From positions 2,080,001-2,144,000 of the forward strand of contig OY820579.1 of the NCBI GenBank assembly GCA_963681965.1: 64,000 bases of DNA. The letters are read 5' to 3'. Position 1 is the first letter of the stretch. Every line of letters begins with the position of its first letter. The translations under genes were made by a program, and so were the position numbers. Positions 9,356 through 19,624 of the stretch are shown in pieces. A model generated the notes under the pieces. It was not told the DNA's origin, searched no databases, and saw only the letters and a program-made list of their open reading frames with translations. Origin of the DNA: a bacterium (GTDB lineage: Bacteria > Electryoneota > JAOADG01).

Positions 9356-9650
9356 GGGAGGGCTCGTGAGCCCTCCCGCCAGTAGGGGCGGGCTCCCACG
9401 CCCGCCCGTTCTTGTATCTTTTTCCTTTCCCAATTCCCAACACCTACCCCCTAACACCCTTATTTTCGGAGATGGCCCTTTAGGGCCGTCATTGCTGTTC
9501 TGTAGGGTTCATTCGCGAACGAACCGAGAGCGGTGCTACCTGCACCGCCGTAGGGCGTATGCGATTACCTTCGGTGAGCGCAGAGCGATACGCCCCTATG
9601 GAAAAAAGAGTAGGTTGCCACATCCGTTAGCCAACGGATTCGCACCGACA
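9352..9650. repeat. Cluster of REP-like palindromes downstream of the beta-propeller gene
   Basis: Several GTAGGG-led hairpins (the first overlaps the TAG stop); 9601-9650 is an inverted relative of the 5961/6085 repeat unit. Confidence 0.85.
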
Positions 9651-9671
9651 ATTCACGATTACGAAACAGCA

Positions 9672-9705
9672 GAAATACAAAACGCAGGCTTTCGCCTGCG
9701 TTGTT
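9672..9705 (-). terminator. Intrinsic terminator (possibly bidirectional)
   Basis: Stem AACGCAGGC/GCCTGCGTT with 4-nt loop and a U-rich tail on the minus strand, between convergent genes. Confidence 0.7.
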
Positions 9706-9744
9706 CGCACTTGTACTAAAACACCAAGAACTAATTTCGAAGCA

Positions 9745-11271
9745 CTATTGTCTTGCTTCATCTTCCGACTGAGGACCGACCCGAATCGAACCAATATAGA
9801 AATACCGCAGATTTAAATCGTGGCTGTAAATCCTGATCGAATTCTTCCCTTCGATCAATCGTTCGGAAATCGAAACCCGTTCCCAGCCGTCGGGATCGGA
9901 GGTATTCCACACCCGCGACGGTGCCCATTCGCTGGCGACCGGACGACCATTCACTTCAATCACGCCGAGTGTCCGGTTCATAAATGTCAATGGATAATTC
10001 GTCGTACCGCGAACCGCTTGCACCCAGAGGAACATCTGTGGATCGTTCGGGTTGTGTTTCGGTAAATTGAAATCGATCTGCAGGAACTGACCGCCCACCG
10101 GATTCTTGTTGGCATAAGCTAATCCGAATTCCCACGCATATCGATTCCACTGTCGCACAAACGAGATCTTCGGACCGGCATTGATATCATTCTTGAATCC
10201 ACCGACATCGGGATGAACGATCCCGGCAAACCATCGAGTCAGGTTGCTTGATACCGGTTTACCGTCCCCATCGACCCGCAATTCTACTGCATACCCGGTT
10301 TTGTAATAACCCGCGACCGGTTGCGATGGATCGGTTTGCGTCACGATGATCCGCATTTCCGGAGGTTTGATGTAACCCGTTACATCGCCGAATTCGATCA
10401 AGTGCGCACCGAACGAGAGATTGCCTTCCCATTTACCGATGCTGTGGAATGAATTGTCGATTGTAATCGGACCATCGATCGGACTCGTCTGAATTATCAC
10501 CGGACGCTGGGTCGAGACATTAATCGGAGTCAACTGAAAATTCAGTCGCTGCTCTTGAAATGCCGTACTGATCAGGACACTGGCTTCGGGAATATCGACT
10601 TTGAATCCGGCTTTCATCACTTGAATCCGGTGCATTCCCAACGGCATCAACAACCATGCGTCGGTTTCTTGCGGACTCAACTGTCCATCCAAGTAAATGG
10701 AAGCGCCCGGAATATTGGTCGAAACAAAAACGCGACCACTGCCACCCACCGAGGGGAACCGGTTTCGTTCACGAGGAATCGGTGCCGGTACAAAGTCCGA
10801 GCGAGGATAATCCAGATCCGGTCGATAATCCCGTGATTCGGTCGGTGGTACCGGTTTCGCTGGTGTCGGTGGAACGTACGGTTCGACTTGAGCCGGAAGT
10901 GAGTCTTGGTGAATCAGCCGAAATTTTGCAACCGATTGCTTTCCCGGTTCTACGTGAATAGCCAAACCGGATGGAAATGATACATAGGATTCACGTCGAA
11001 TTTCGACGATATAATCGCCCGGTTTCAACCCGCGAATGACAGCAGGCGTGACAAATCCAGTGGGTGCACGGTTGACGAGGATTTCCGCCCCTTTCGGTTT
11101 GGAAACGACCCCCAGTTCGCCGGGTAATTCGTATGTAAAATAAAAATATCCACTAACGATTAATACTAACGCGGTAAACGCAATAATAAACTGGATCAGC
11201 CAGCGGCGATCTTTAATCCCACTAGTAACCAACGTATCTGATTGCGGGCGGCTTCTCCAGAATAGAAGCAT
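9745..11271 (-). CDS. Membrane-anchored PEGA-domain protein
   Basis: N-terminal TM helix; repeated SKPKGAEILVN / STNIPGASIYLDG PEGA motifs. Confidence 0.75.
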   Translation of the reverse strand: MLLFWRSRPQSDTLVTSGIKDRRWLIQFIIAFTALVLIVSGYFYFTYELPGELGVVSKPKGAEILVNRAPTGFVTPAVIRGLKPGDYIVEIRRESYVSFPSGLAIHVEPGKQSVAKFRLIHQDSLPAQVEPYVPPTPAKPVPPTESRDYRPDLDYPRSDFVPAPIPRERNRFPSVGGSGRVFVSTNIPGASIYLDGQLSPQETDAWLLMPLGMHRIQVMKAGFKVDIPEASVLISTAFQEQRLNFQLTPINVSTQRPVIIQTSPIDGPITIDNSFHSIGKWEGNLSFGAHLIEFGDVTGYIKPPEMRIIVTQTDPSQPVAGYYKTGYAVELRVDGDGKPVSSNLTRWFAGIVHPDVGGFKNDINAGPKISFVRQWNRYAWEFGLAYANKNPVGGQFLQIDFNLPKHNPNDPQMFLWVQAVRGTTNYPLTFMNRTLGVIEVNGRPVASEWAPSRVWNTSDPDGWERVSISERLIEGKNSIRIYSHDLNLRYFYIGSIRVGPQSEDEARQ

Positions 11272-11327
11272 ACTTTATTGAGCTCCAATTGTTCTTTAAC
11301 TTACTAACGTAATGAATTGAGACTAAG

Positions 11328-12044
11328 TTGGCAAGACATTCAGAATGGTATGAGACTGCATTTAACTCAAGGTATCTGGAACTGTACGCTCACCGCGATC
11401 GTTCGGAATGCCTTAAGATGTATAATACGTTGCAGCAACGGGAGATGTTTCCGATTACTGGTTTCGTCGTCGATGCTGCCTGTGGAACTGGCAGATGGAT
11501 GCAGATTTTAACCGAACATGCGATTCCCACCATCGGGTTTGATTTGTCCCGGGATTTGCTTGATCATACCGGTAATCTATCAGTGATACGCGGAAATCTG
11601 TTACAAATCCCATTTCAATCGAAATCTGCCAGTGCCATCACCAGCCTCTTTTCCAGTTTTGGTTACTTTGCCTCATCGGAGCTGGATTATCAACAACTTT
11701 CGGAGTTCTCGCGAATTCTGAAACCAAACGGATGGCTGCTGCTCGATACTGCCCCCATTAGAACTCTCGATACATTGGTTGTAGAAAATCTGCAGCGCTT
11801 CTCCGATGGTAGCACTGCGAAAATTACCCGGCGACGCGAGGATAATGTTGTAATCAAGACTATTCTCCTCGATTCCGATGAATATTGGGAAGAACATCTC
11901 CGGATTTATGATTCTGACACTCTAGATCGCATATTGTTCAAAATAGGTTTTGAGTTAAGCTGGCGAATCGGCGATTACGACAATAAACCATTCAATGAAA
12001 CCGATTCACCCCGAATGATCGGATGTTATGTTCGAAGAGATTAA
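11328..12044 (+). CDS. Class I SAM-dependent methyltransferase
   Basis: VVDAACGTGR motif I, SLFSSFGYF, LKPNGWLLLD; overlaps bshC start. Confidence 0.88.
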   Translation: MARHSEWYETAFNSRYLELYAHRDRSECLKMYNTLQQREMFPITGFVVDAACGTGRWMQILTEHAIPTIGFDLSRDLLDHTGNLSVIRGNLLQIPFQSKSASAITSLFSSFGYFASSELDYQQLSEFSRILKPNGWLLLDTAPIRTLDTLVVENLQRFSDGSTAKITRRREDNVVIKTILLDSDEYWEEHLRIYDSDTLDRILFKIGFELSWRIGDYDNKPFNETDSPRMIGCYVRRD

Positions 12045-13440
12045 CCGCTGTTCTTGGTTAGCGACTACCCTTCCGGCGATTGTCCGCAGCGGTCTGACTG
12101 CGAATACCCCCATTTCAGCTTTCCCTAATGGACTATTCGAACGGCTGGATCCGGTTCCGGGGCGGGTAGCAACTGGTCAACAACCCGGTTTCGGTGGTGG
12201 ACCCCTCTACAGCGTGTACAAACGGTGGACGGCGGAATATCTGAGTAATCACGATCGGAATCGATGTTTCTACTGGATCGAAGCCGGGGACAGCGATTGG
12301 AACGAGATCGCTCGGATTGAGACTGAAAAGGGTACGATCCACTGGGAAGATCGCGATGTCGGAGTTCCTGTAGGTGCTCGGGTAATGCCACCGGATTTCG
12401 TCGAGAAACTTACTGGATTGTGGTCGAATATCGATCGGAACATGTTAAATCCATTTGTTCACTCCACAATTCTCGATGCATTTCAAGCAGCACACCAATT
12501 ATTCGACCCAGACAACCATCATTCACAATGGTATCCCGGTCCTCCATTTCTTTCCGACGCAGATAGTATTCGCTTTCGAGCGCTCATCGCCGATTGGTTC
12601 GAGCGATTGACTGAAGGAAAAACGGCATTACTCAAGGGAATATCGCGAGTTGAGACGGATTTTGGTCATGCTCAAGCGACTCTGCATGGTAATCGAACCG
12701 GTTGGTTTTATTGTAAAACCTTGAATTCCCGTCGCTTTCCGGTTGAATCAGTCGATTCCGACACTTATGTTATTGATGATGTCCAGTATTCTGCGCACGA
12801 TTTGAGTGAATACGCTCGATCCGATGACGGGTATTTCATTCCCGGTGCGTTGTGGCGTATTGTCGTTCAGCAAGCACTGTTACAACCGGAAGCGGTTGTC
12901 GTCGGAACGTCCGAGGCTGCTTATTGGGGTGAAGTCGCGGAGTTATTTCATTGGGCAGGTCAACCGTTTCCCAAGCTGGTTATTCGGGTCGGTGGAACCA
13001 TTTTACCGGTGAAGTATCGGACACTTGGTTGTTCAGAATTGTTATCTGCAACACCACCAGAGTTACCCGTTTCTGGAGCATGGAAACAGCTTAACGATCA
13101 GATCGAATCACTTTCGCAAACCTTGGAGCAACTGCAGACAGATCTTCCGCAACATCTAACCGATGCCGTTGCCAAAGGTAGCGAAAAAGCGATCTATCAA
13201 TTACACCGAATTCTGGAACTCGGTCAGAAATATCGCGACGAGCAGACTGGTAGTCGTCGTAAATTATGGGAACAAGCTCAAACACTACTCTTAGGTAGTG
13301 GTTCCAAAGCCGCACAGGAACGGTGGTGTACGTTATTGGAAGCGAATCTTCGCTGGGGTGGATCTGGATTGTCGGATATTCAATCTACTATGTTTTCTAC
13401 TGCGACAGGTGGTAGAGTAGTACTTCAGGAGAACCATTAA
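12028..13440 (+). CDS. bshC: Bacillithiol biosynthesis protein BshC (divergent)
   Basis: VATGQQPGFGGGPLYSVYK, FYWIEAGDSDWNEI, GTSEAAYW, QER motifs; next to bshB1. Confidence 0.82.
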   Translation: MFEEINRCSWLATTLPAIVRSGLTANTPISAFPNGLFERLDPVPGRVATGQQPGFGGGPLYSVYKRWTAEYLSNHDRNRCFYWIEAGDSDWNEIARIETEKGTIHWEDRDVGVPVGARVMPPDFVEKLTGLWSNIDRNMLNPFVHSTILDAFQAAHQLFDPDNHHSQWYPGPPFLSDADSIRFRALIADWFERLTEGKTALLKGISRVETDFGHAQATLHGNRTGWFYCKTLNSRRFPVESVDSDTYVIDDVQYSAHDLSEYARSDDGYFIPGALWRIVVQQALLQPEAVVVGTSEAAYWGEVAELFHWAGQPFPKLVIRVGGTILPVKYRTLGCSELLSATPPELPVSGAWKQLNDQIESLSQTLEQLQTDLPQHLTDAVAKGSEKAIYQLHRILELGQKYRDEQTGSRRKLWEQAQTLLLGSGSKAAQERWCTLLEANLRWGGSGLSDIQSTMFSTATGGRVVLQENH

Positions 13441-13441
13441 T

Positions 13442-14164
13442 ATGGCAGATGTCCTTGTCATTGCAGCACATCCCGATGATGTCGAACTGGCATGTGCGGG
13501 ATCGGTTGCAAAGTTCGTCAATGCTGGTAAAGAAGTTGTGATCGTCGATCTGACTCGCGGTGAATTAGGTACTCGTGGAACACCGGAACTACGACAAGAA
13601 GAGGCGACTGCTGCTGCCAAAATTCTTGGTGTATCGATCCGGGAGAACCTCGGTTTGCCCGATGGACGGATCAGTGAATCCAATGAGGAACACCGCGCTG
13701 CGATCATTAAAGCGATCCGAAAGTACCGACCGCATCTCCTGCTTTATCCCTATCCTGATGATCGACACCCCGATCACGGCGCGACCGGTCGGCTCTGCGA
13801 GGAAACCTCCTATTTAGCCGGGTTGGCGAAAATTGTCGATGGTTTGGAACCATTCCGACCGCAGGTCAAAGTCGCTTTTCAGCAGGCATGGGAACAGAAA
13901 ACGACCTTTGTCATTGATGTGTCCGATACGTGGGAACAGCGCCTAGCGGCAATTAGATGCTTCAAATCGCAGTTCTACGATCCAAACTCTGTGGAACCGG
14001 AGACTTGGATCGCTTCACCGGAATTTCTCGTCGGTATTGAAGCGCGCGGGAAAAACAATGGCTTCAAAATCGGCGTAAAATATGGGGAAGCGTTTTGGCA
14101 TCGGGGACCGCTACCCATATTGGATCTTGGCTTTTTCTTTACCGGTCCGATCCGGCACGTATAA
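13442..14164 (+). CDS. bshB1: Bacillithiol biosynthesis deacetylase BshB1
   Basis: AAHPDDVEL, DLTRGELGTRGT, DRHPDH, FKSQF. Confidence 0.92.
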   Translation: MADVLVIAAHPDDVELACAGSVAKFVNAGKEVVIVDLTRGELGTRGTPELRQEEATAAAKILGVSIRENLGLPDGRISESNEEHRAAIIKAIRKYRPHLLLYPYPDDRHPDHGATGRLCEETSYLAGLAKIVDGLEPFRPQVKVAFQQAWEQKTTFVIDVSDTWEQRLAAIRCFKSQFYDPNSVEPETWIASPEFLVGIEARGKNNGFKIGVKYGEAFWHRGPLPILDLGFFFTGPIRHV

Positions 14165-14194
14165 CATCCAGCGAGTTTCTTTTCTGTAATAAAT

Positions 14195-14217
14195 CGGGGC
14201 GTAGGAATTACGCCCCG
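14195..14217. terminator. Hairpin between bshB1 and tatC (terminator or REP)
   Basis: CGGGGCGTA-GGAAT-TACGCCCCG perfect stem, weak U tract. Confidence 0.45.
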
Positions 14218-14274
14218 TTAAGTATTCCGATCGCGAACCAGATTTGACCATTAAGGGATGTAATACTACTCACA

Positions 14275-15036
14275 ATGCCCGGGCTATTTTCCGAAGAACT
14301 CCATTTCTGGGATCACATTTCCGAATTACGGAAACGGTTGATTCACGCCCTGCTGGGAGTAGCTGTTACGTCATCGGTCGGTTTGTACTATGCCGACTTA
14401 ATCATGAAATGGCTGACAAAACCGTTTCGCGACAGTGGTATTGCCAACGGGCATCTATCCGTGTTGTCTCCCGTGGAAGCATTTAACGTCTATATCATGG
14501 TCGGAATTTGGGGCGGGGTGATCATCGCACTGCCGTGGGTTTTCTACCAACTGTGGCGTTTTGTGGCACCCGGATTGTATAAAAAAGAGCGGCGAACGGT
14601 AATTTATCTTGTGTTCGCATCGACCTTCTTTTTTCTCGGTGGTGTGGCTTTTTGCTGGTGGCTGCTGCCGCGCGGGATTGCCTTTCTGGCAAGCTTTTCG
14701 ATCGGCAATTCCGAAGTTTTCTGGTCTCTCGATAAATACTTGAGTTTTGTCGTCTTTATGGCGCTTGCTTTTGGAATTTGTTTCCAACTCCCACTTGTGA
14801 TGGCGGTGTTAATTCGGTTGGGATTGGTAAAACCGAAGACTTTTCGCGAATCACGTCGCTTTGCTTACGTTGCGATTGCCGTATTGTCGGCGGCGGTTAC
14901 CCCGACCACCGATATGTTCACGATGTCGGCAATGATGATTCCCCTGATCATTTTATATGAAATTTCGATCGTTTTTGGGGCAATGTGGCAACGAAAAGCC
15001 CAGAAAAAGGATCAGGAAACTGTCCTCTATGGATAA
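14275..15036 (+). CDS. tatC: Twin-arginine translocase subunit TatC
   Basis: FWDHISELRKRL, YQLWRFVAPGLY, FQLP, six TM helices. Confidence 0.95.
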   Translation: MPGLFSEELHFWDHISELRKRLIHALLGVAVTSSVGLYYADLIMKWLTKPFRDSGIANGHLSVLSPVEAFNVYIMVGIWGGVIIALPWVFYQLWRFVAPGLYKKERRTVIYLVFASTFFFLGGVAFCWWLLPRGIAFLASFSIGNSEVFWSLDKYLSFVVFMALAFGICFQLPLVMAVLIRLGLVKPKTFRESRRFAYVAIAVLSAAVTPTTDMFTMSAMMIPLIILYEISIVFGAMWQRKAQKKDQETVLYG

Positions 15037-15253
15037 AGTATAGAACTATTTCTGAAGTGAATTCATCGTTCGAATAGCATCCCTCTGTCGAGATTGCGAG
15101 ACAATATCAAATAGCTAATTTTCTCACGACTTCGATCTTTTCGAGTTTACTTCCAACCAAGGTCATTGTATTTTATACTAAGGCAGACGATTTTCGACCT
15201 GTCGTATCGTCTTCTTCGCAATTCAATGGTCTGAACTAAATCGGAGACCTGCC

Positions 15254-17641
15254 ATGAAAACATCTCTAATACGCTCTGCGTGGTTAGCGTTATTACTCGC
15301 AATCACCGGAATTATCCTTGCGCAACCGATCGAACCGTGGGTCGCGAACAATCAGGATATCCACGATTATCTCTTGAATCTTCAGACCCGGTTCCCTGCC
15401 AATATTCATCTGGATTCGGTCGGACATAGCCAACAATTGAATATGCCGATCTGGATGGCGCGCATTTCGAGCAATGCCACCATCGAGCAGGATAAACCGC
15501 GCATTCTGTTGATCGGTCAGGTACACGCCGAAGAGTATCTTGGCGTCATGCTTAGCCTGCGCCTGGCGGCGGAACTCTGCTCGCTGCAATCGAATACCGC
15601 TCCGGCACGTTATCGCGATTGGCGAAATCAACTGGAAATCTACATCATGCCGACTGCCAATCCCGAAGGTTTGCAAGTCGTGACCAGCAATGACGATCCC
15701 TATTTTCGCAAAAATCAACGTCAATTGATGGGTAATTCACTGCACTATTTCCCCGGTGTCGGAAATGATTCCGATGGCGTCGACATCAATCGCAATTTCC
15801 CGATTAATTGGGAATTCGGCGATACCATCTGGCAAGTAGGTGCGCATCCGAATGAATTATTCGATTACTATCGCGGACCTGCAGCGGCTTCGGAAGCTGA
15901 AACTCAGGCGCTGATGGCGATCAACCTGCGGTTGAGACCGATGTTCGGAATCGTTTATCACTCATCGCAGACCGGATCGTTGTCACAGAAGATATATTAT
16001 CCGTGGGATTGGGAAGCAACCGGTACCGACGTAGTTACCCCCGGTCGGCATAGTCCCGACTATGGCGTGATTAGCGAGGTCTGCAACGATGTCGGTGCCA
16101 ATATGCAGAAGCATACGCACGACGGTTTCTATCAAGCTTCCGGTTATCGTACGCGTAATGGCGCGTTGCAGGATTGGTTCTACCAATCGACTGGATGCAT
16201 CATGATGGAATGTGAAATTGGTCCTGCTGTACGTAATGCGAATCATCCCGATTCCATCACCGCCATCGGTCAGATGAATGACGTGATTGCCGGAAATTAT
16301 GTCTTGTTCAATCGAGCACTGAATACCAATCCAACCGGATCGAGTCTCACTGGTCTCGTCACCGATTCCATTTCGCATTCTCCGATCGAAGGGGTAGAAG
16401 TTCGATTAGTCGAGTTATACGATCCGATACTGGCACCGCGCTTGACCAATAGTGTCGGTCGTTACAATCGTCCGGTGTCACAGGGCTCCTATAATCTGGA
16501 GTTCCGGAAATACGGTTACGCAACCCGACGGATCTCTAATGTGATCGTCGGATCTAATCAACGTCGACCGGTGAGCACCACTTTAGTTGCGCTTCCAACG
16601 TACAATGTGACATTCCAAGTGGTGAATCCGAACAGCGCCGGTTTAGGTGCCAGTGTGATCATCAGCCATCCTGATCGACCCGATGATACTTTACAAACCA
16701 ACCGCTCCGGATTGGCTACTACCCGGCTTGTCGCCGATACCTTCCGCGTAATAGTGAACAACGAATACTATGTGGTTCAGATTCGCTCGATTGTTCCTTC
16801 CTTCGAAGGCGAGACCTTCCAGTTTAGGTTAGTTCCGTATGTAATGAATTATACCGATGGCTTCGAGCAGGGAACCGATTTCTGGACATTTGATACGAAT
16901 GCGAATTGGGGTACCGACGGACAGTCGCATACCGATTTATATGCGCTTGCCGACTCACCAGATGGAACGCCGTTTTACCCTCGACCTGAAGATATGTATC
17001 ATGCGAACACGAATACGACGGCGTTGTGTCTGACGACCATCCCACTGGGATCGGGCGCAACCGATGCCTCGCTATCGTATTGGATCAAAGGATTTCTTGA
17101 ACCGGCACACGATTCCTGCTGGGCGGAAGCATCGATCGATAACGGCGTCAACTGGAGCGTTTGTCCGGGAACAACGATCTCGATGCTGCGATTCGATTGG
17201 CGACGTGTCAATATCTCTTTGCGTCAATTCCTCGGGCATCAAGTACGGTTCCGGATTCGGATGATGACCGATGATAAAATCAATCAGGATGGTATTCATC
17301 TCGACGATATCGATTTGCGCATCGGAAACACAACTTCTGTTGACCTAACGCCGCAGATTCCGGGCGAGTACCGTCTCGCGACACCGTATCCCAATCCGTT
17401 CAACGCAACCTTGCGAATTCCGTACATCGTACCGAAAGCGGGTGAAGTGTCGTTCCGAATCTACGATCTGACCGGACGAACTGTTGCTACTTTCAACACC
17501 CATCCCCGCACTGCCGGTGCGACTTACTACCTGTGGAATGCGTCGAGCGCACTACACGGCGAACCAGCCAGCGGTATTTATTTCATTGAGATGAAGGCGG
17601 GTAGTTATCACGCGGTAAAGAAGGCAATGCTGTTGAAGTAG
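15254..17641 (+). CDS. M14 zinc carboxypeptidase with C-terminal sorting domain
   Basis: HAEE, NPEG, RKN, GVDINRNF, YRGP..SEAET; C-terminal PYPNPFN...KKAMLLK. Confidence 0.88.
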   Translation: MKTSLIRSAWLALLLAITGIILAQPIEPWVANNQDIHDYLLNLQTRFPANIHLDSVGHSQQLNMPIWMARISSNATIEQDKPRILLIGQVHAEEYLGVMLSLRLAAELCSLQSNTAPARYRDWRNQLEIYIMPTANPEGLQVVTSNDDPYFRKNQRQLMGNSLHYFPGVGNDSDGVDINRNFPINWEFGDTIWQVGAHPNELFDYYRGPAAASEAETQALMAINLRLRPMFGIVYHSSQTGSLSQKIYYPWDWEATGTDVVTPGRHSPDYGVISEVCNDVGANMQKHTHDGFYQASGYRTRNGALQDWFYQSTGCIMMECEIGPAVRNANHPDSITAIGQMNDVIAGNYVLFNRALNTNPTGSSLTGLVTDSISHSPIEGVEVRLVELYDPILAPRLTNSVGRYNRPVSQGSYNLEFRKYGYATRRISNVIVGSNQRRPVSTTLVALPTYNVTFQVVNPNSAGLGASVIISHPDRPDDTLQTNRSGLATTRLVADTFRVIVNNEYYVVQIRSIVPSFEGETFQFRLVPYVMNYTDGFEQGTDFWTFDTNANWGTDGQSHTDLYALADSPDGTPFYPRPEDMYHANTNTTALCLTTIPLGSGATDASLSYWIKGFLEPAHDSCWAEASIDNGVNWSVCPGTTISMLRFDWRRVNISLRQFLGHQVRFRIRMMTDDKINQDGIHLDDIDLRIGNTTSVDLTPQIPGEYRLATPYPNPFNATLRIPYIVPKAGEVSFRIYDLTGRTVATFNTHPRTAGATYYLWNASSALHGEPASGIYFIEMKAGSYHAVKKAMLLK

Positions 17642-17665
17642 CTACGCTCCGATTTGATAGAATGC

Positions 17666-17700
17666 AAACAGGCGCGATCACTCGCGCCTGTTTTGTTGTT
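17666..17700 (+). terminator. Intrinsic terminator
   Basis: ACAGGCGCGA-TCAC-TCGCGCCTGT followed by TTTGTTGTT. Confidence 0.8.
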
Positions 17701-17730
17701 GTGGATATCGAAAGTTAGTTGTCATCGGTA

Positions 17731-17782
17731 GTAGGGGCGGACCCCCGTGTCCGCCCGTAGTCAGACGAAGCCTGAAACCGAA
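17731..17782 (+). repeat. Dispersed GTAG-type REP with conserved tail
   Basis: GTAGGGGCGGACCCCCGTGTCCGCCCG...CGAAGCCTGAAACCGAA; related to 5751 and 37042. Confidence 0.7.
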
Positions 17783-17828
17783 TCGCGATTTATAAAAATT
17801 CAGGTAATACAATTCTCGATCTTGGATT

Positions 17829-18182
17829 TTATTTCGGTGCCCAAATCGCCATCGGTGTGCCGTCGGGTGTCAGAAACGTTGCCCAAGCGCCCATATTGTT
17901 CGGTAGCGCCTGATATTCTACTAGGATCGTACCACCCAACTCGCGGATCTTTGCAACGGTCGTCGCGATATCGGCGACTTCAATGTAGGTAATGGTTTTC
18001 GTCCCTTCGGGGAGTTCGGTGGTCAACCCGCCACCACTCGCTTTCTCGCCTTCTTCACCATTTGACCAGACCGAATAGTCTTCACCGAACGGTCTAATCT
18101 TCCAATCGAACAGTGTTTCGAAAAATTTTGCCGATTGCGTCAGATCTTTCACTAGAAATTCGGTGTGAATTACGCCATGCAT
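17829..18182 (-). CDS. VOC/glyoxalase family protein
   Basis: HTEF...SAKFFETLFDW, YIEVADI...ELGG, FLTPDG. Confidence 0.85.
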   Translation of the reverse strand: MHGVIHTEFLVKDLTQSAKFFETLFDWKIRPFGEDYSVWSNGEEGEKASGGGLTTELPEGTKTITYIEVADIATTVAKIRELGGTILVEYQALPNNMGAWATFLTPDGTPMAIWAPK

Positions 18183-18223
18183 TGTTCATTCTCCTATCAA
18201 ATAATCCACATTTAAATTCAATG

Positions 18224-19624
18224 CTATTTCTGAAACCGTTCGGTAAGATCTTTCGCAATGCGCTCTTTCAAACCGCCAAACGCGCCATTGCTGAACATCA
18301 CGATAACGTCGCGATCGCGAACTTCGGCAAGGATACCCGCGATAATTTCGTCGACTTGATCGCACGCGAACGCAGTGGCGCCGCTAGCCATGATATCGCT
18401 TACCAATTGATTCCGGTCTAGTCGATCTGCTTCGGGGATCTTTTCCAAGCGGTGCAATTGATGGATCCAACTGATATCGGCACGGGATAGCGCTTCCGCC
18501 CATTCCAGTTGAAAGAATTTTCGAACCGATGTATTACTGCGAGGATCGAACGCGGCCAGTATTCTGCGATTGGGATAGGTTTTTCGCAAACCGTCGATGG
18601 TGGTCGCAACCGCTGTTGGGTGATGACCGAAATCGTCGATCAGTGTGACTGTACCATCGCACAAAACGTCTGCACGCCTCGCTACGCCTTTGAATGTTCC
18701 CAGACCGGCAACGAACCGGTCGCGCTTCGCATTCGACGCATAAGCCACACCAAGCGCGGCTAGCGCATTCATCAGATTGTGTCGTCCGGAAAGTGGTAAT
18801 TCGAAATCGATCCGGTCGTCGTTCGGCAACACTGCCGTCACCCGCCAACCAGTGGGAGTGCATTCGGCGTGTTCCGTCCAGATATCGCCATCGGTCACTC
18901 CGAACCGAAGCACGTGGCATCGCGCGGTCGCTGCGATCTTATCCAGTCGTTCGTCTTCGGCATTGACAATCAACGTTCCATTTTCCGGAATCGTCAGTAC
19001 CAGTCGGCGGAAAGCCAAATCAATCTCTTCGATATTGGCGAAGATGTCGGCATGATCGAATTCCAGATTCAGCATCACCACGATTTGCGGAACATAATGC
19101 AGAAATTTCGAACGTTTATCGAAAAATGCGGTATCGTACTCATCCCCCTCGATCACAAACCATTTACCGGTACCTGTCCGCGCGTTAATCTCAAAATTCT
19201 TCGGGATACCGCCTACTAGAAATCCAGGATTTTCGCCGGCTTCCTGCATCGCGTGGGCAACGATACTGGTCGTGGTGGTTTTGCCGTGTGTTCCGGTGAT
19301 TACGATCGGATGCCGTTTGCGCAGGATTTCCCAGCGCAGTAGTTCCGCCATTGAACAGTAGCTATCGCGGTGACTAAGCACCGCTTCCAATTCTGGATTA
19401 CCACGCGAGAGCGCGTTACCAATCACCGCTGTATAAGCCCATTTCGGAAGATTAGTGGCAGCAAATGGGGAGGCGATATCAATCTTCTGAGATTCCAGTA
19501 GAGTCGACATCGGGGGATAGATCGCTTCGTCGGATCCCGAGACGGTATGTCCCATCTCTTTCATCAATAGTGCTGCGCCTGCCATCGCGGTACCGGCGAT
19601 GCCTAAAAAATGATAATGGCTCAT
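18224..19624 (-). CDS. mpl: Murein peptide ligase Mpl
   Basis: HFLGIAGTAM, YPPMST, GTHGKTTT, EGDEYDTAFFDKRSKF, EFDHADIF. Confidence 0.92.
   Translation of the reverse strand: MSHYHFLGIAGTAMAGAALLMKEMGHTVSGSDEAIYPPMSTLLESQKIDIASPFAATNLPKWAYTAVIGNALSRGNPELEAVLSHRDSYCSMAELLRWEILRKRHPIVITGTHGKTTTTSIVAHAMQEAGENPGFLVGGIPKNFEINARTGTGKWFVIEGDEYDTAFFDKRSKFLHYVPQIVVMLNLEFDHADIFANIEEIDLAFRRLVLTIPENGTLIVNAEDERLDKIAATARCHVLRFGVTDGDIWTEHAECTPTGWRVTAVLPNDDRIDFELPLSGRHNLMNALAALGVAYASNAKRDRFVAGLGTFKGVARRADVLCDGTVTLIDDFGHHPTAVATTIDGLRKTYPNRRILAAFDPRSNTSVRKFFQLEWAEALSRADISWIHQLHRLEKIPEADRLDRNQLVSDIMASGATAFACDQVDEIIAGILAEVRDRDVIVMFSNGAFGGLKERIAKDLTERFQK

Noticed and set aside
9115-17641. Shared DNA (TACGATCTGACCGG) between the two secreted genes as a DGR template/variable pair
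   Set aside because: Explained by the conserved YDLTGR sorting-domain motif; no reverse transcriptase or adenine-specific variation
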